Source: Malacoraja senta
Lineage: Eukaryota
Length of the DNA: 64,000 nucleotides
Assembly (NCBI GenBank): GCA_038087875.1
Contig: JAXLNO010000543.1
Coordinates: forward strand, 1 to 64,000
Direction: 5' to 3'
Positions 37,600 to 51,199 of the stretch are shown here, one piece after another. Below the pieces are notes generated by a model. That model was not told the DNA's origin and searched no databases. It saw only the letters and a list, made by a program, of their open reading frames with translations. The position numbers and the translations under genes are program-made. Each line of letters opens with the position of its first letter. The first letter of the stretch is position 1.

Positions 37600-40500
37600 A
37601 ATTTGCGTCGCTTTTCGCGTCCTGAATGTTCGTCCCTTTTCGCCTGCTGAATTTTCATCACTTTTCACGGCTGAATTTTCGTCGCTTGTCTAGTTCTGAT
37701 ATTTCATCACTTTTCGCATGCTGAATTTTCGTCGTTTTTCGCGTCCTGAAGGTTCATCATTTTTCACGTGCTGAATTTACGTCCCTTTTCTTGTGCTAGA
37801 TTATCGTCGCCTTTCGCGTGCTACATTTAAAAAAAAATTCCCGTACTGAATTTTCATAGTTTTACGCAGGCTGAATTTTCGTTGCTTTTCAAGTGCAGAA
37901 ATGTTGTCGCTTTTCACGTGATGAAATTTCCGTCCCTTTATGTGTCCCGATGTTTTGTTGCTTTACGCGTCCTTAATTTACATCGCTTTTTGTGTGCTGA
38001 ATTTTCGTCATTTTACGCATCCTGGTTTAGTCGCTTTATGCGTCCTCATCTTTCGTCGCTTTTCGCGTCCTGAATTCACGTAGTTTTTCCCGTGCTGAAT
38101 TTTCGTCGCTTTTCTATTTCGGAAATTTCGTTACTCTTCGCGTGCTGAATTTACGTCGCTTTTCGCGTCCTGAAGGTTCATGACTTTTGTCGTGCTGAAT
38201 TTTTGTCGCTTTTCGCAGGCTGAGTTTTCGTCGCCTTTCGCTACTTCATTTTTTATCGCTTTTCGCATCCTGAAAGTTCATCTGTTTTGTCATGCCGAAT
38301 TTTCATCGCTTTTCGCGTGCAGAATTTTCGTCGCTTTTCACGTGCTGAATTTGCGTCGCTTTTCGCGTCCTGAATGTTCGTCCCTTTTCGCCTGCTGAAT
38401 TTTCATCACTTTTCACGGCTGAATTTTCGTCGCTTGTCTCGTTCTGATATTTCGTCACTTTTCGCATGCTGAATTTTCATCGCCTTTCGCGTGCTACTTT
38501 TTTTTACATTTTCACGTACTGAATTTTCATCGCTTTTCGCAGGCTGAATTTTTGTCGCTTTATGTGTTCCGATGTTTAGTTGCTTTTCGCCTCTTCAATT
38601 TACGTTGTTTTTCGCATGCTGAATTTTCGTCGATTTTCGCATGCTGAATTTTTGTCACTTTTCGCTTGCTGAATTTTCGTTGCTTTTCACGTTCTGAAAT
38701 GTCGTCGTTTTTCCCGTGCTGAATTTTCGTCGCTTTTCTCTTTCTGAAATTTCATTACTTTTTGTGTGCTGAAATTACGTCGCTTTTCACGTCCTGAAGG
38801 TTCATCACTTTTGTCGTGCTGAATTTTCATCGCTTTTCGCAGGCTGAGTTTCCGTCGCTTTTCACGTGCTGTATTTTTGTCAATTTTCGCATGCGGCATT
38901 TTCGTTGATTTTCGCGTGCTGAATTCTCGTCGCTTTTCGCTTGCTGAATTTTCGTCGCTTTTCGCGTCCTGAAGGTTCATCATTTATCACGTGCTGAATT
39001 TTCATCACTTTTCGCAGGCTGAATTTTCATCGCTTGTCTCGTTCTGATATTTTGTCACTTTTCGCGTGCTGAATTTTCGTCGCTTTTCGCGTCCTGGTTC
39101 ATCATTGTTCACGTGCTGAATTTACGTCGCTTTTCTTGTGCTAGATTATCGTCGCATTTCACGTGGTGTATTTTTGTGACTTTTCGCATGCTGAATTTTT
39201 GTCGCCTTTCGCGTGCTACATTTTTTGTAATTTTTCACGTACTGAATTTTCATCGTTTTTCGCAGGCTGAATTTTCGTCGCTTTTCAAGTGCAGAAATGT
39301 TGTCGCTTTTCACGTGATGAAATTTCCGTCCCTTTATGTGTCCCGATGTTTTGTTGCTTTACGCGTCCTTAATTTACATCGCTTTTTGTGTGCTGAATTT
39401 TCGTCACTTTACGCGTCCTGGTTTAGTCGCTTTATGCGTCCTCATCTTTCGTCGGTTTTCACGTCCTGAATTCACGTAGCTTTTCCCGTGCTGAATTTTC
39501 GTCGCTTTTCTATTTCGGAAATTTCGTTACTTTTTGCGTGCTGAATTTACGTCGCTTTTCGCGTCCTGAAGGTTCATGACTTTTGTCGTGCTGAATTTTT
39601 GTCGCTTTTCGCAGGCTGAGTTTTCGTCGATTTTCACAAGCTGTATTTTTGTCACTTTTCGCATGCTGAATTTTCGTCGCCTTTCGCTGCTTCATATTTT
39701 TTTATCGCTTTTCGCATCCTGAAAGTTCATCTGTTTTGTCATGCCGAATTTTCATCGCTTTTCGCGTGCAGAATTTTCGTCGCTTTTCACGTGCTGAATT
39801 TGCGTCGCTTTTCGCGTCCTGAATGTTCGTCCCTTTTCGCCTGCTGAATTTTCATCACTTTTCACGAGCTGAATTTACGTCCCTTTTCTTGTGCTAGATT
39901 ATCGTCGCTTTTCACGTGCTATATTTTTGTCACTTTTCGCATGCTGAATTTTCGTCGCCTTTCGCGTGCTACATTTTTTTACATTTTTCACGTACTGAAT
40001 TTTCATCGTTTTTCGCAGGCTGAATTTTTGTCGCTTTATGTGTCCCAATGTTTAGTTGCTTTTCGCCTCTTCAATTTACGTTGTTTTTCGCATGCTGAAT
40101 TTTCGTCGATTTTCACATGCTGAATTTTTGTCACTTTTCGCTTGCTGAATTTTCGTTGCTTTTCACGTTCTGAAATGTCGTCGTTTTTCCCGTGCTGAAA
40201 TTTTCGTCGCTTTTCTCTTTCTGAAATTTCATTACTTTTTGTGTGCTGAAATTACGTCGCTTTTCACGTCCTGAAGGTTCATCACTTTTGTCGTGCTGAA
40301 TTTTCATCGCTTTTCGCAGGCTGAATTTTCGTCGCTTTTCGCGTCCTGAATGTTCGTCGCTTTTCGACAGCTGAATTTTCGTCACTTTTCGCGGCTAAAT
40401 TTTCGTTGCTTGTCTCGTTCTGAAATTTCGTCACTTTTTGCGTGCTGAATTTTCGTCGCTTTTCGCGTCCTGAAGGTTCATCATTTTTCACGTGCTGAAT

Positions 40501-43500
40501 TTTCATCACTTTTCGCAGGCTGAATTTTCATCGCTTGTCTCGTTCTGATAATTTGTCACTTTTCTCGTGCTGAATTTTCTTCACTTTTCGCGTCCTGAAG
40601 GTTCATAATTTTTCACGTGCTGAATTTACGTCGCTTTTCTTGTGCTAGATTATCGTCGCTTTTCACGTGCTGTATTTTTGTGACTTTTCGCATGCTGAAT
40701 TTTTGTCGCCTTTCGCGTGCTACATTTTTTGTAATTTTTCACGTACTGAATTTTCATCGTTTTACGCAGGCTGAATTTTCGTCGCTTTTCAAGTGCAGAA
40801 ATGTTGTCGCTTTTCACGTGATGAAATTTCCGTTCCTTTATGTGTCCCGATGTTTTGTTGCTTTACGCGTCCTTAATTTACATCGCTTTTTGTGTGCTGA
40901 ATTTTCGTCACTTTACGCATCCTGGTTTAGTCGCTTTATGCGTCCTCATCTTTCGTCGCTTTTTGCATCCTGAATTCACGTAGCTTTTCCCGTGCTGAAT
41001 TTTCGTCGCTTTTCTATTTCGGAAATTTCGTTACTTTTCGCGTGCTGAATTTACGTCGCTTTTCGCGTCCTGAAGGTTCATGACTTTTGTCGTGCTGAAT
41101 TTTTGTCGCTTTTCGCAGGCTGAGTTTTCGTCGATTTTCACATGCTGTATTTTTGTCACTTTTCGCATGCTGAATTTTCGTCGCCTTTCGCTGCTTCATT
41201 TTTTATCGCTTTTCGCATCCTGAAAGTTCATCTTTGTCATGCCGAATTTTCATCGCTTTTCGCGTGCAGAATTTTCGTCACTTTTCACGTGCTGAATTTG
41301 CGTTGCTTTTCGCGTCCTGAATGTTCGTCCCTTTTCGCCTGCTGAATTTTCATCACTTTTCACGGCTGAATTTTCGTCGCTTGTCTCGTTCTGATATTTC
41401 GTCACTTTTCGCATGCTGAATTTTCGTCGCTTTTCGCGTCCTGAAGGTTCATCATTTTTCACGTGCTGAACTTACGTCCCTTTTCTTGTGCGAGATTATC
41501 GTCGCTTTTCACGTGCTGTATTTTTGTCACTTTTCGCATGCTGAATTTTCGTCGCCTTTCGCGTGCTACATTTTTTTACATTTTTCACGTACTGAATTTT
41601 CATCGTTTTTCGCAGGCTGAATTTTTGTCGCTTTATGTCCCGATGTTTAGTTGCTTTTCGCCTCTTCAATTTACGTCGTTTTTCGCATGCTGAATTTTCG
41701 TCGATTTTCGCATGCTGAATTTTCGTCACTTTTCGCTTGCTGAATTTTCGTTGCTTTTCACGTTCTGAAATGTCGTCGTTTTTCCCGTGCTGAATTTTCG
41801 TCGCTTTTCTCTTTCTGAAATTTCATTACGTGTGCTGAAATTACGTCGCTTTCCACGTCCTGAAGGTTCATCACTTTTGTTGTGCTGAATTTTCATCGCT
41901 TTTCGCAGGCTGAGTTTCCGTCGCTTTTCACGTGCTGTATTTTTGTCACTTTTCGCATGCTGAATTTTCGTCGCCTTTCGCGTGCTACATTTTTTTACAT
42001 TTTTCACGTACTGAATTTTCATCGTTTTTCGCAGGCTGAATTTTTGTCGCTTTATGTCCCGATGTTTAGTTGCTTTTCGCCTCTTCAATTTACGTCGTTT
42101 TTCGCATGCTGAATTTTCGTCGATTTTCGCATGCTGAATTTTCGTCACTTTTCGCTTGCTGAATTTTCGTTGCTTTTCAAGTTCTGAAATGTCGTCGTTT
42201 TTCCCGTGCTGAATTTTCGTCGCTTTTCTCTTTCTGAAATTTCATTACTTGTGTGCTGAAATTACGTCGCTTTCCACGTCCTGAAGGTTCATCACTTTTG
42301 TTGTGCTGAATTTTCATCGCTTTTCGCAGGCTGAGTTTCCGTCGCTTTTCACGTGCTGTATTTTTGTCACTTTTCGCATGCGGAATTTTCGTTGATTTTC
42401 GCGTGCTGAATTCTCGTCGCTTTTCGCGTGCTGAATTTTCGTCGCTTTTCCCGTGCTGAATTTTCGTCGCTTTTCTATTTCGGAAATATCGTTACTTTTC
42501 GCGTGCTGAATTTACGTCGCTTTTCGCGTCCTGAAGGTTCATGACTTTTGTCGTGCTGAATTTTTGTCGCTTTTCGCAGGCTGGGTTTTTGTCGATTTTC
42601 ACATGCTGTATTTTTGGCACTTTTCGCATGCTGAATTTTCGTCGCCTTTCGCTGCTTCATTTTTTATCGCTTTTCGCATCCTGAAAGTTCATCTGTTTTG
42701 TCATGCCGAATTTTCATCGCTTTTCGCGTGCAGAATTTTCGTCGCTTTTCACGTGCTGAATTTGCGTCGCTTTTCGCGTCCTGAATGTTCGTCCCTTTTC
42801 GCCTGCTGAATTTTCATCACTTTTCACGGCTGAATTTTCGTCGCTTGTCTCGTTCTGATATTTCGTCACTTTTCGCATGCTGAATTTTCATCGCTTTTCG
42901 CGTCCTGAAGCTTCTTCATTTTTCACGTGCTGAATTTACGTCCCTTTTCTTGTGCTAGATTATCGTTGCTTTTCACGTGCTGTATTTTTGTCACTTTTCG
43001 CATGCTGAATTTTCGTCGCCTTTCGCGTGCTACATTTTTTTACATTTTTCACGTACTGAATTTTCATCATTTTTCGCAGGCTGAATTTTTGTCGCTTTAT
43101 GTGTCCCGATATTTAATTGCTTTTCGCCTCTTCAATTTACGTCGTTTTTCGCATGCTGAATTTTCGTCGATTTTCGCATGCTGAATTTTCGTCACTTTTC
43201 GCTTGCTGAATTTTCGTTGCTTTTCACGTTCTGAAATGTCGTCGTTTTTCCCGTGCTGAATTTTCGTCGCTTTTCTCTTTCTGAAATTTCATTACTTGTG
43301 TGCTGAAATTACGTCGCTTTCCACATCCTGAAGGTTCATCACTTTTGTTGTGCTGAATTTTCATCGCTTTTCGCAGGCTGAGTTTCCGTCGCTTTTCACG
43401 TGCTGTATTTTTGTCACTTTTCGCATGCTGAATTTTCGTCGCCTTTCGCGTGCTACATTTTTTTACATTTTTCACGTACTGAATTTTCATCGTTTTTCGC

Positions 43501-46500
43501 AGGCTGAATTTTTGTCGCTTTATGTCCCGATGTTTAGTTGCTTTTCGCCTCTTCAATTTACGTCATTTTTCGCATGCTGAATTTTCGTCGATTTTCGCAT
43601 GCTGAATTTTCGTCACTTTTCGCTTGCTGAATTTTCGTTGCTTTTCAAGTTCTGAAATGTCGTCGTTTTTCCTGTGCTGAATTTTCGTCGCTTTTCTCTT
43701 TCTGAAATTTCATTACTTGTGTGCTGAAATTACGTCGCTTTCCACGTCCTGAAGGTTCATCACTTTTGTTGTGCTGAATTTTCATCGCTTTTCGCAGGCT
43801 GAGTTTCCGTCGCTTTTCACGTGCTGTATTTTTGTCACTTTTCGCATGCGGAATTTTCGTTGATTTTCGCGTGCTGAATTCTCGTCGCTTTTCGCGTGCT
43901 GAATTTTCGTCGCTTTTCCCGTGCTGAATTTTCGTCGCTTTATTATTTCGGAAATATCGTTACTTTTCGCGTGCTGAATTTACGTCGCTTTTCGCGTCCT
44001 GAAGGTTCATGACTTTTGTCGTGCTGAATTTTTGTCGCTTTTCGCAGGCTGGGTTTTTGTCGATTTTCACATGCTGTATTTTTGGCACTTTTCGCATGCT
44101 GAATTTTCGTCGCCTTTCGCTGCTTCATTTTTTATCGCTTTTCGCATCCTGAAAGTTCATCTGTTTTGTCATGCCGAATTTTCATCGCTTTTCGCGTGCA
44201 GAATTTTCGTCGCTTTTCACGTGCTGAATTTGCGTCGTTTTCGCGTCCTGAATGTTCGTCCCTTTTCGCCTGCTGAATTTTCATCACTTTTCACGGCTGA
44301 ATTTTCGTCGCTTGTCTCGTTCTGATATTTCGTCACTTTTCGCATGCTGAATTTTCATCGCTTTTCGCGTCCTGAAGCTTCTTCATTTTTCACGTGCTGA
44401 ATTTACGTCCCTTTTCTTGTGCTAGATTATCGTTGCTTTTCACGTGCTGTATTTTTGTCACTTTTCGCATGCTGAATTTTCGTCGCCTTTCGCGTGCTAC
44501 ATTTTTTTACATTTTTCACGTACTGAATTTTCATCATTTTTCGCAGGCTGAATTTTTGTCGCTTTATGTGTCCCGATATTTAATTGATTTTCGCCTCTTC
44601 AATTTACGTCGTTTTTCGCATGCTGAATTTTCGTCGATTTTCGCATGCTGAATTTTCGTCACTTTTCGCTTGCTGAATTTTCGTTGCTTTTCACGTTCTG
44701 AAATGTCGGCGTTTTTCCCGTGCTGAATTTTCGTCGCTTTTCTCTTTCTGAAATGTCATTACTTGTGTGCTGAAATTACGTCGCTTTTCACGTCCTGAAG
44801 GTTCATCACTTTTGTTGTGCTGAATTTTCATCGCTTTTCGCAGGCTGAGTTTCCGTCGCTTTTCACGTGCTGTATTTTTGTCACTTTTCGCATGCGGAAT
44901 TTTCGTTGATTTTCGCGTGCTGAATTCTCGTCGCTTTTCGCGTGCTGAATTTTCGTCGCTTTTCGCGTCCTGAATGTTCGTCGCTTTTCGACAGCTGAAT
45001 TTTCGTCACTTTTCGCAGCTAAATTTTCGTTGCTTGTCTCGTTCTGAAATTTCGTCACTTTTCGCGTGCTGAATTTTCGTCGCTTTTCGCGCCTGAAGGT
45101 TCATCATTTTTCACGTGCTGAATTTTCATCACTTTTCGCAGGCTGAATTTTCATCGCTTGTCTCGTTCTGATATTTTGTCACTTTTCGCGTGCTGAATTT
45201 TCTTCGCTTTTCGCGTCCTGAAGGTTCATCATTTTTCACGTGCTGAATTTGCGTCGCTTTTCGCATCCTGAATGTTCGTCCCTTTTCGCCTGCTGAATTT
45301 TCATCACTTTTCACGGCTGAATTTTCGTCGCTTGTCTCGTTCTGATATTTCGTCACTTTTCGCATGCTGAATTTTCGTCGCTTTTCGCGTCCTGAAGGTT
45401 CATCATTTTTCACGTGCTGAATTTACGTCCCTTTTCTTGTGCTAGATTATCGTCGCTTTTCACGTGCTGTATTTTTGTCACTTTTCGCATGCTGAATTTT
45501 CCTCGCCTTTCGCGTGCTACATTTTTTTACATTTTTCACGTACTGAATTTTCATCATTTTTCGCAGGCTGAATTTTTGTCGCTTTATGTGTCCCGATGTT
45601 TAGTTGCTTTTCGCCTCTTCAATTTACGTCGTTTTTCGCATGCTGAATTTTCGTCGATTTTCGCATGCTGAATTTTCGTCACTTTTCGCTTGCTGAATTT
45701 TCGTTGCTTTTCACGTTCTGAAATGTCGTCGTTTTTCCCGTGCTGAATTTTCGTCGCTTTTCTCTTTCTGAAATTTCATTACTTTTTGTGTGCTGAAATT
45801 ACGTCGCTTTTCACGTCCTGAAGGTTCATCACTTTTGTTGTGCTGAATTTTCATCGCTTTTCGCAGGCTGAGTTTCCGTCGCTTTTCACGTGCTGTATTT
45901 TTGTCACTTTTCGCATGCGGAATTTTCGTTGATTTTCGCGTGCTAGATTATCGTCGCTTTTCACGTGCTGTATTTTTGTGACTTTTCGCATGCTGAATTT
46001 TCGTTGCCTTTCGCGTGCTACATTTTTTTTACATTTTTCACGTACTGAATTTTCATCGTTTTTCGCAGGCTGAATTTTTGTTGCTTTTCAAGTGCAGAAA
46101 TCTTGTCGCTTTTCACGTGATGAAATTTTCGTCCCTTTATGTGTCCCGATGTTTTGTTGCTTTACGCGTCCTTAATTTACATCGCTTTTTGTGTGCTGAA
46201 TTTTCGTCACTTTACGCGTCCTGGTTTAGTCGCTTTATGCGTCCTCATCTTTCGTCGCTTTTCACGTCCTGAATTCACGTAGCTTTTCCCGTGCTGAATT
46301 TTCGTCGCTTTTCTATTTCAAAAATTTCGTTACTTTACGCGTGCTGAATTTACGTCGCTTTTCGCGTCCTGGTTCATGACTTTTGTCGTGCTGAATTTTT
46401 GTCGCTTTTCGCAGGCTGAGTTTTCGTCGATTTTCACATGCTGTATTTTTGTCACTTTTCGCATGCTGAATTTTCGTCGCCTTTCGTTGCTTCATTTTTT

Positions 46501-46700
46501 ATCGCTTTTCGCATCCTGAAAGTTCATCTGTTTTGTCATGCCGAATTTTCATCGCTTTTCGCGTGCAGAATTTTCGTCGCTTTTCACGTGCTGAATTTGC
46601 GTCGCTTTTCGCATCCTGAATGTTCGTCGCTTTTTGCCTGCTGAATTTTCAACACTTTTCACGGCTGAATTTTCGTCGCTTGTCACGTTCTGATATTTCG
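37600..46700. repeat. Mosaic HOR domain with ~1.4-1.5-kb units and a nested 419-bp tandem duplication
   Basis: A TATTTCGGAAA-type marker lies near 38113, 39510, 41014, 42475, 43943 and 46313. ORF twins are offset by 1504 (39113/40617), 1468 (41882/43350, 42475/43943) and 419 (ends 41729/42148). Boundaries are approximate. Confidence 0.8.
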
Positions 46701-48303
46701 TCACTTTTCCCATGCTGAATTTTCGTCGCTTTTCGCGTGCTGTATTTTTGGCACTTTTCGCATGCTGAATTTTCGTCGCCTTTCGCATGCTTCATTTTTT
46801 GTCACTTTTCGCATCCTGAACGTTCGTCGCTTTTCGCATGCTGAAGTTTTGTTTCTTTTCGAGTCCTGAAGTTACTTAGCTTTTCGCATCCTGAAGGTTC
46901 ATAATTTTTCACGTGCTGAATTTTCATCGCTTTTCGCAGGCTGAATTTTCGTCACATTTCAAGTGCTGAAATTGTATCGCTCTTCACGTGCTGAAATTTT
47001 CGTCCCTTTATGTGTCCCGATGTTTTGTTGCTTTACGCGTCCTGAATTTACGTCACTTTTTGTGTGCTGAATTTTCGTCGCTTTTCGCGTCCTGAAGGTT
47101 TAGTCGCTTTATGCGTCCTCATCTTTCGTCTCTTTTTGCGTCCTGAATTCACGTCGTTTTTCACGTGGTGAATTTTCGTTGCTTTTTGCATGTTGAATTT
47201 TTTTTCGCTTTTTGCATGCTGAATTTTCGTCGCTTTTTGCCTGCTGAATTTTCATCACTTTTCATGTTCTGAAATGTCGTCACTTTTCGCGTGCTGAATT
47301 TTTGTCGCTTTTCCCATGCTGAATTTACGTCGCTTTTCGCTTTGTGAAGGTTCATCACTTTTGTCGTGCTGAATTTTCATCGCTTTTCGCAGGCTGAGTT
47401 TTCGTCGCTTTTCACGTGCTGTATTTTTGTCGCTTTGCACGTGCTGAAATTTCCGTCGCTTTATGTGTCCCGATGTTTTGTTGCTTTTCGCGTCCTGAAT
47501 TTACGTCGCTTTTTGTGTGCTGAATTTTCATCGTTTTTGCGTGCTGTATTTTTGTAGCTTTTCGCATGCTGAATTTTCGTCGCTTTTCACGTTCTGAAAT
47601 GTTGTCACTTTTTGCGTGCTGAATTTGCGTCACTTTCCGCATCCTGAAGATTCATCGCATTTTGCCTGCTGAATTTTCCTCACTTTTTGCGTGCTGAATT
47701 TTCGTCAATTTTCCTGTCCTGAAAGATCGTCACTTTTCATCTGCTGAATTTTATGGCTTTTCGCAGGCTGATTTTTTGTCGAATTTTGTGTGCTGAAATT
47801 TCGTCGCTTTTCACATCCTGAAATATCGTCGCTTTATGCGTGGTGAATTTTTGTCACTTTTCGCATACTGAATTTTCGTTGCTTTATGTGTCCCGATGTT
47901 TTGTTGGTTTTCGCGTCCAGAATTTACGTCGCTTTTTGTGTGCTGAATTAACGTCGCTTTTCGCATGTTTCATTTTCATCACTTTTCGCATACTGAAGTT
48001 TCGTCGCTTTTCGCATGCTGAATTTTCGCTTTTCCAGTGCATCATTTTCATCGCTTTTCGCGTCCTGAAGGTTCGTCGCTTTTCACATGCTGAATTTTCG
48101 TCGATTTTCGCATGCAGAATTTTCGTCACTTTTTACGTGTTGAATTTTCGTCGCTTTTCACGTTCTGAAATTTCGTCACTTTTCGCATGCTGAATTTTCG
48201 CCGTTTTTCGCGTGCTGAATTTTTGTCGATTTTCGCATCCTGAATTTTCGTTGCTTTTCCCGTGCTGAATTTTCATCGTTTTTCTCTTTATGAAATTTCG
48301 TTA

Positions 48304-48808
48304 CATAGAAAATATCATAGAAACATAGAAAATAGGTGCAGGTGTAGGCCATTCGGCCCTTTGAGCATGCACCGTCATTCAATATGATCATGGCTGATCA
48401 TCCAACTCAGTATCCTGTACCTGCTTTCTATCCATACCCCCTGATCCCTTTAGCCACAAGGACCACATCTAACTCCCTCTTAAATATAGCCAATGAACTG
48501 GCCTCAACTACCTTCTGTGGCAGAGAATTCCAGAGATTCACCACTCTCTGCGTGAAAAATGTTTTCCTCATCTCGGTCCTAAAAGTTTTCCCCCTTATCC
48601 TTAAACAGTGACCCCTTGTTCTGGACTTCCCCAACATCGGGAACAATCTTCCTGCATCTAGCCTGTCCAACCACTTAAGGGTTTTATACATTTCTATAAG
48701 ATCCCCCCATAATCTTCTAATTTCTAGCGAGTACAAACCGAGTCTATCCAGTCTTTCTTCATATGAAAGTCCTGACATCCCAGGAATCAGTCTGGTGAAC
48801 CTTCTTCA
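48304..48808 (-). mobile_element. 5'-truncated CR1-clade LINE fragment (HER1-like), copy 3
   Basis: 505 bp with the same junctions as copies 1 and 2. A premature stop (GYG*) is shared with copy 4. Confidence 0.93.
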
Positions 48809-49826
48809 TTCGCGTGCTGAATTTACATCACTTTCCGCGTAGTGAAGGTTCATCACTTTTGTCGTGCTGAATTTTCATCGATTTTCGCAGGCTGAGTTTT
48901 CGTCGCTTTTCACGTGCTGTATTTTTGTCGCTTTGCACGTGCTGAAATTTCCGTCGCTTTATGTGTCCCGATGTTTTGTTGCTTTTCGCGTCCTGAATTT
49001 ACGTCGCTTTTTGTGTGCTGAATTTTCATCGTTTTTGCGTGCTGTATTTTTGTAGTTTTTCGCATGCTGAATTTTCGTCGCTTTTCACGTGCAGAAATTT
49101 CGTCGCTTTTCACGTTCTGAAATGTTGTCACTTTTCGCGTGCTGAATTTGCGTCACTTTCCGCATCCTGAAGATTCATCGCATTTTGCCTGCTGAATTTT
49201 CCTCACTTTTTGCGTGCTGAATTTTCGTCAATTTTCCTGTCCTGAAAGATCGTCACTTTTCATCTGCTGAATTTTATGGCTTTTCGCAGGCTGATTTTTC
49301 GTCGAATTTTGTGTGCTGAAATTTCGTCGCTTTTCACATCCTGAAATATCGTCGCTTTATGCGTGGTGAATTTTTGTCACTTTTCGCATACTGAATTTTC
49401 GTTGCTTTATGTGTCCCGATGTTTTGTTGGTTTTCGCGTCCAGAATTTACGTCGCTTTTTGTGTGCTGAATTAACGTCGCTTTTCGCATGTTTCATTTTC
49501 ATCACTTTTCGCATACTGAAGTTTCGTCGCTTTTCGCATGCTGAATTTTCGCTTTTCCAGTGCATCATTTTCATCGCTTTTCGCGTCCTGAAGGTTCGTC
49601 GCTTTTCACATGCTGAATTTTCGTCGATTTTCGCATGCAGAATTTTCGTCACTTTTTACGTGTTGAATTTTCGTCGCTTTTCACGTTCTGAAATTTCGTC
49701 ACTTTTCGCATGCTGAATTTTCGGCGTTTTTCGCGTGCTGAATTTTTGTCGATTTTCGCATCCTGAATTTTCGTTGCTTTTCCCGTGCTGAATTTTCATC
49801 GTTTTTCTCTTTATGAAATTTCGTTA

Positions 49827-50331
49827 CATAGAAAATATCATAGAAACATAGAAAATAGGTGCAGGTGTAGGCCATTCGGCCCTTTGAGCATGCACCGTCA
49901 TTCAATATGATCATGGCTGATCATCCAACTCAGTATCCTGTACCTGCTTTCTATCCATACCCCCTGATCCCTTTAGCCACAAGGACCACATCTAACTCCC
50001 TCTTAAATATAGCCAATGAACTGGCCTCAACTACCTTCTGTGGCAGAGAATTCCAGAGATTCACCACTCTCTGCGTGAAAAATGTTTTCCTCATCTCGGT
50101 CCGAAAAGTTTTCCCCCTTATCCTTAAACAGTGACCCCTTGTTCTGGACTTCCCCAACATCGGGAACAATCTTCCTGCATCTAGCCTGTCCAACCCCTTA
50201 AGGGTTTTATACATTTCTATAAGATCCCCCCATAATCTTCTAATTTCTAGCGAGTACAAACCGAGTCTATCCAGTCTTTCTTCATATGAAAGTCCTGACA
50301 TCCCAGGAATCAGTCTGGTGAACCTTCTTCA
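49827..50331 (-). mobile_element. 5'-truncated CR1-clade LINE fragment (HER1-like), copy 4
   Basis: 505 bp with the same junctions. I see only 2 substitutions relative to copy 3. Confidence 0.93.
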
Positions 50332-51199
50332 TTCGCGTGCTGAATTTACATCACTTTCCGCGTAGTGAAGGTTCATCACTTTTGTCGTGCTGAATTTTCA
50401 TTGCTTTTCGCAGGCTGATTTTTCGTCACTTTTCACCGCTGAATTTTCGTCGCTCGTCTAGTTCTGAAATTTCGTCACTTTTCACGAGCTGAATATTTCT
50501 CGCTTTTCACGCCCTGAATGTTCGTCGCTTTTCGCAGGCTGATTTTTCGTCGCTTTTCACGTGCTGTATTTTTGTCACATTTCGCATGCTGAATTTTCGT
50601 CGCTTTTCACATGCTGAATATTCGTTGCTTTTAGCGTCCTGAATGTTCGTCACTTTTTGGCTGCTGAATTTTCGTCACTTTTCGCGTGCTGATTTTTCGT
50701 TACTTTTCACGTTCTGAAATTTCGTCACTTTTTGCATGCTGAATTTTCGTCACTTTTCGCGTGCTGAATTTTCGTCACTTTTCGCGTGCTGAATTTTTGT
50801 TGCTTTTCGCATGCTGAATTTTCGTTCCTTTTCCCGTGCTGTATTTTTGTCACTTTTCGCATGCTGAATTTTCATCGCTTTTCGCGTGCTGAATTATCGT
50901 CGCTTTTCATGTGCTGAATATTCGTTGCTTTGTTGTGCTGAATGTTCGTCGCTTTTCGTCTGCTGAATTTGCGTCACTTTTCGCGGCTGGATTTTCGTCG
51001 CTTTTCGCATGCTGAAATTTTGCCTTTTCGTTCATCATTTTCATCACCATTCGTGTGCTTCATTTTTTTTTTATCACTTTTCGCATGCTGAAGTTTCGTC
51101 GCTTTTCACGTCCTGAATTTGTCGCATTTCTTGCTGAATTATCGTCGCTTTTCACGTTCTGAAATGTTGTCACTTTTCGCGTGCTGAAATTTCGTCGAT

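Larger units (their letters stand above)
47344..50400. repeat. Recent tandem duplication (1,498 + 1,523 bp) carrying CR1 copies 3 and 4
   Basis: GTGAAGGTTCATCAC at 47344, 48842 and 50365. ORF twins 47840/49363 and 48428/49951 are offset by 1523. The two units differ by one 25-bp monomer. Confidence 0.9.
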
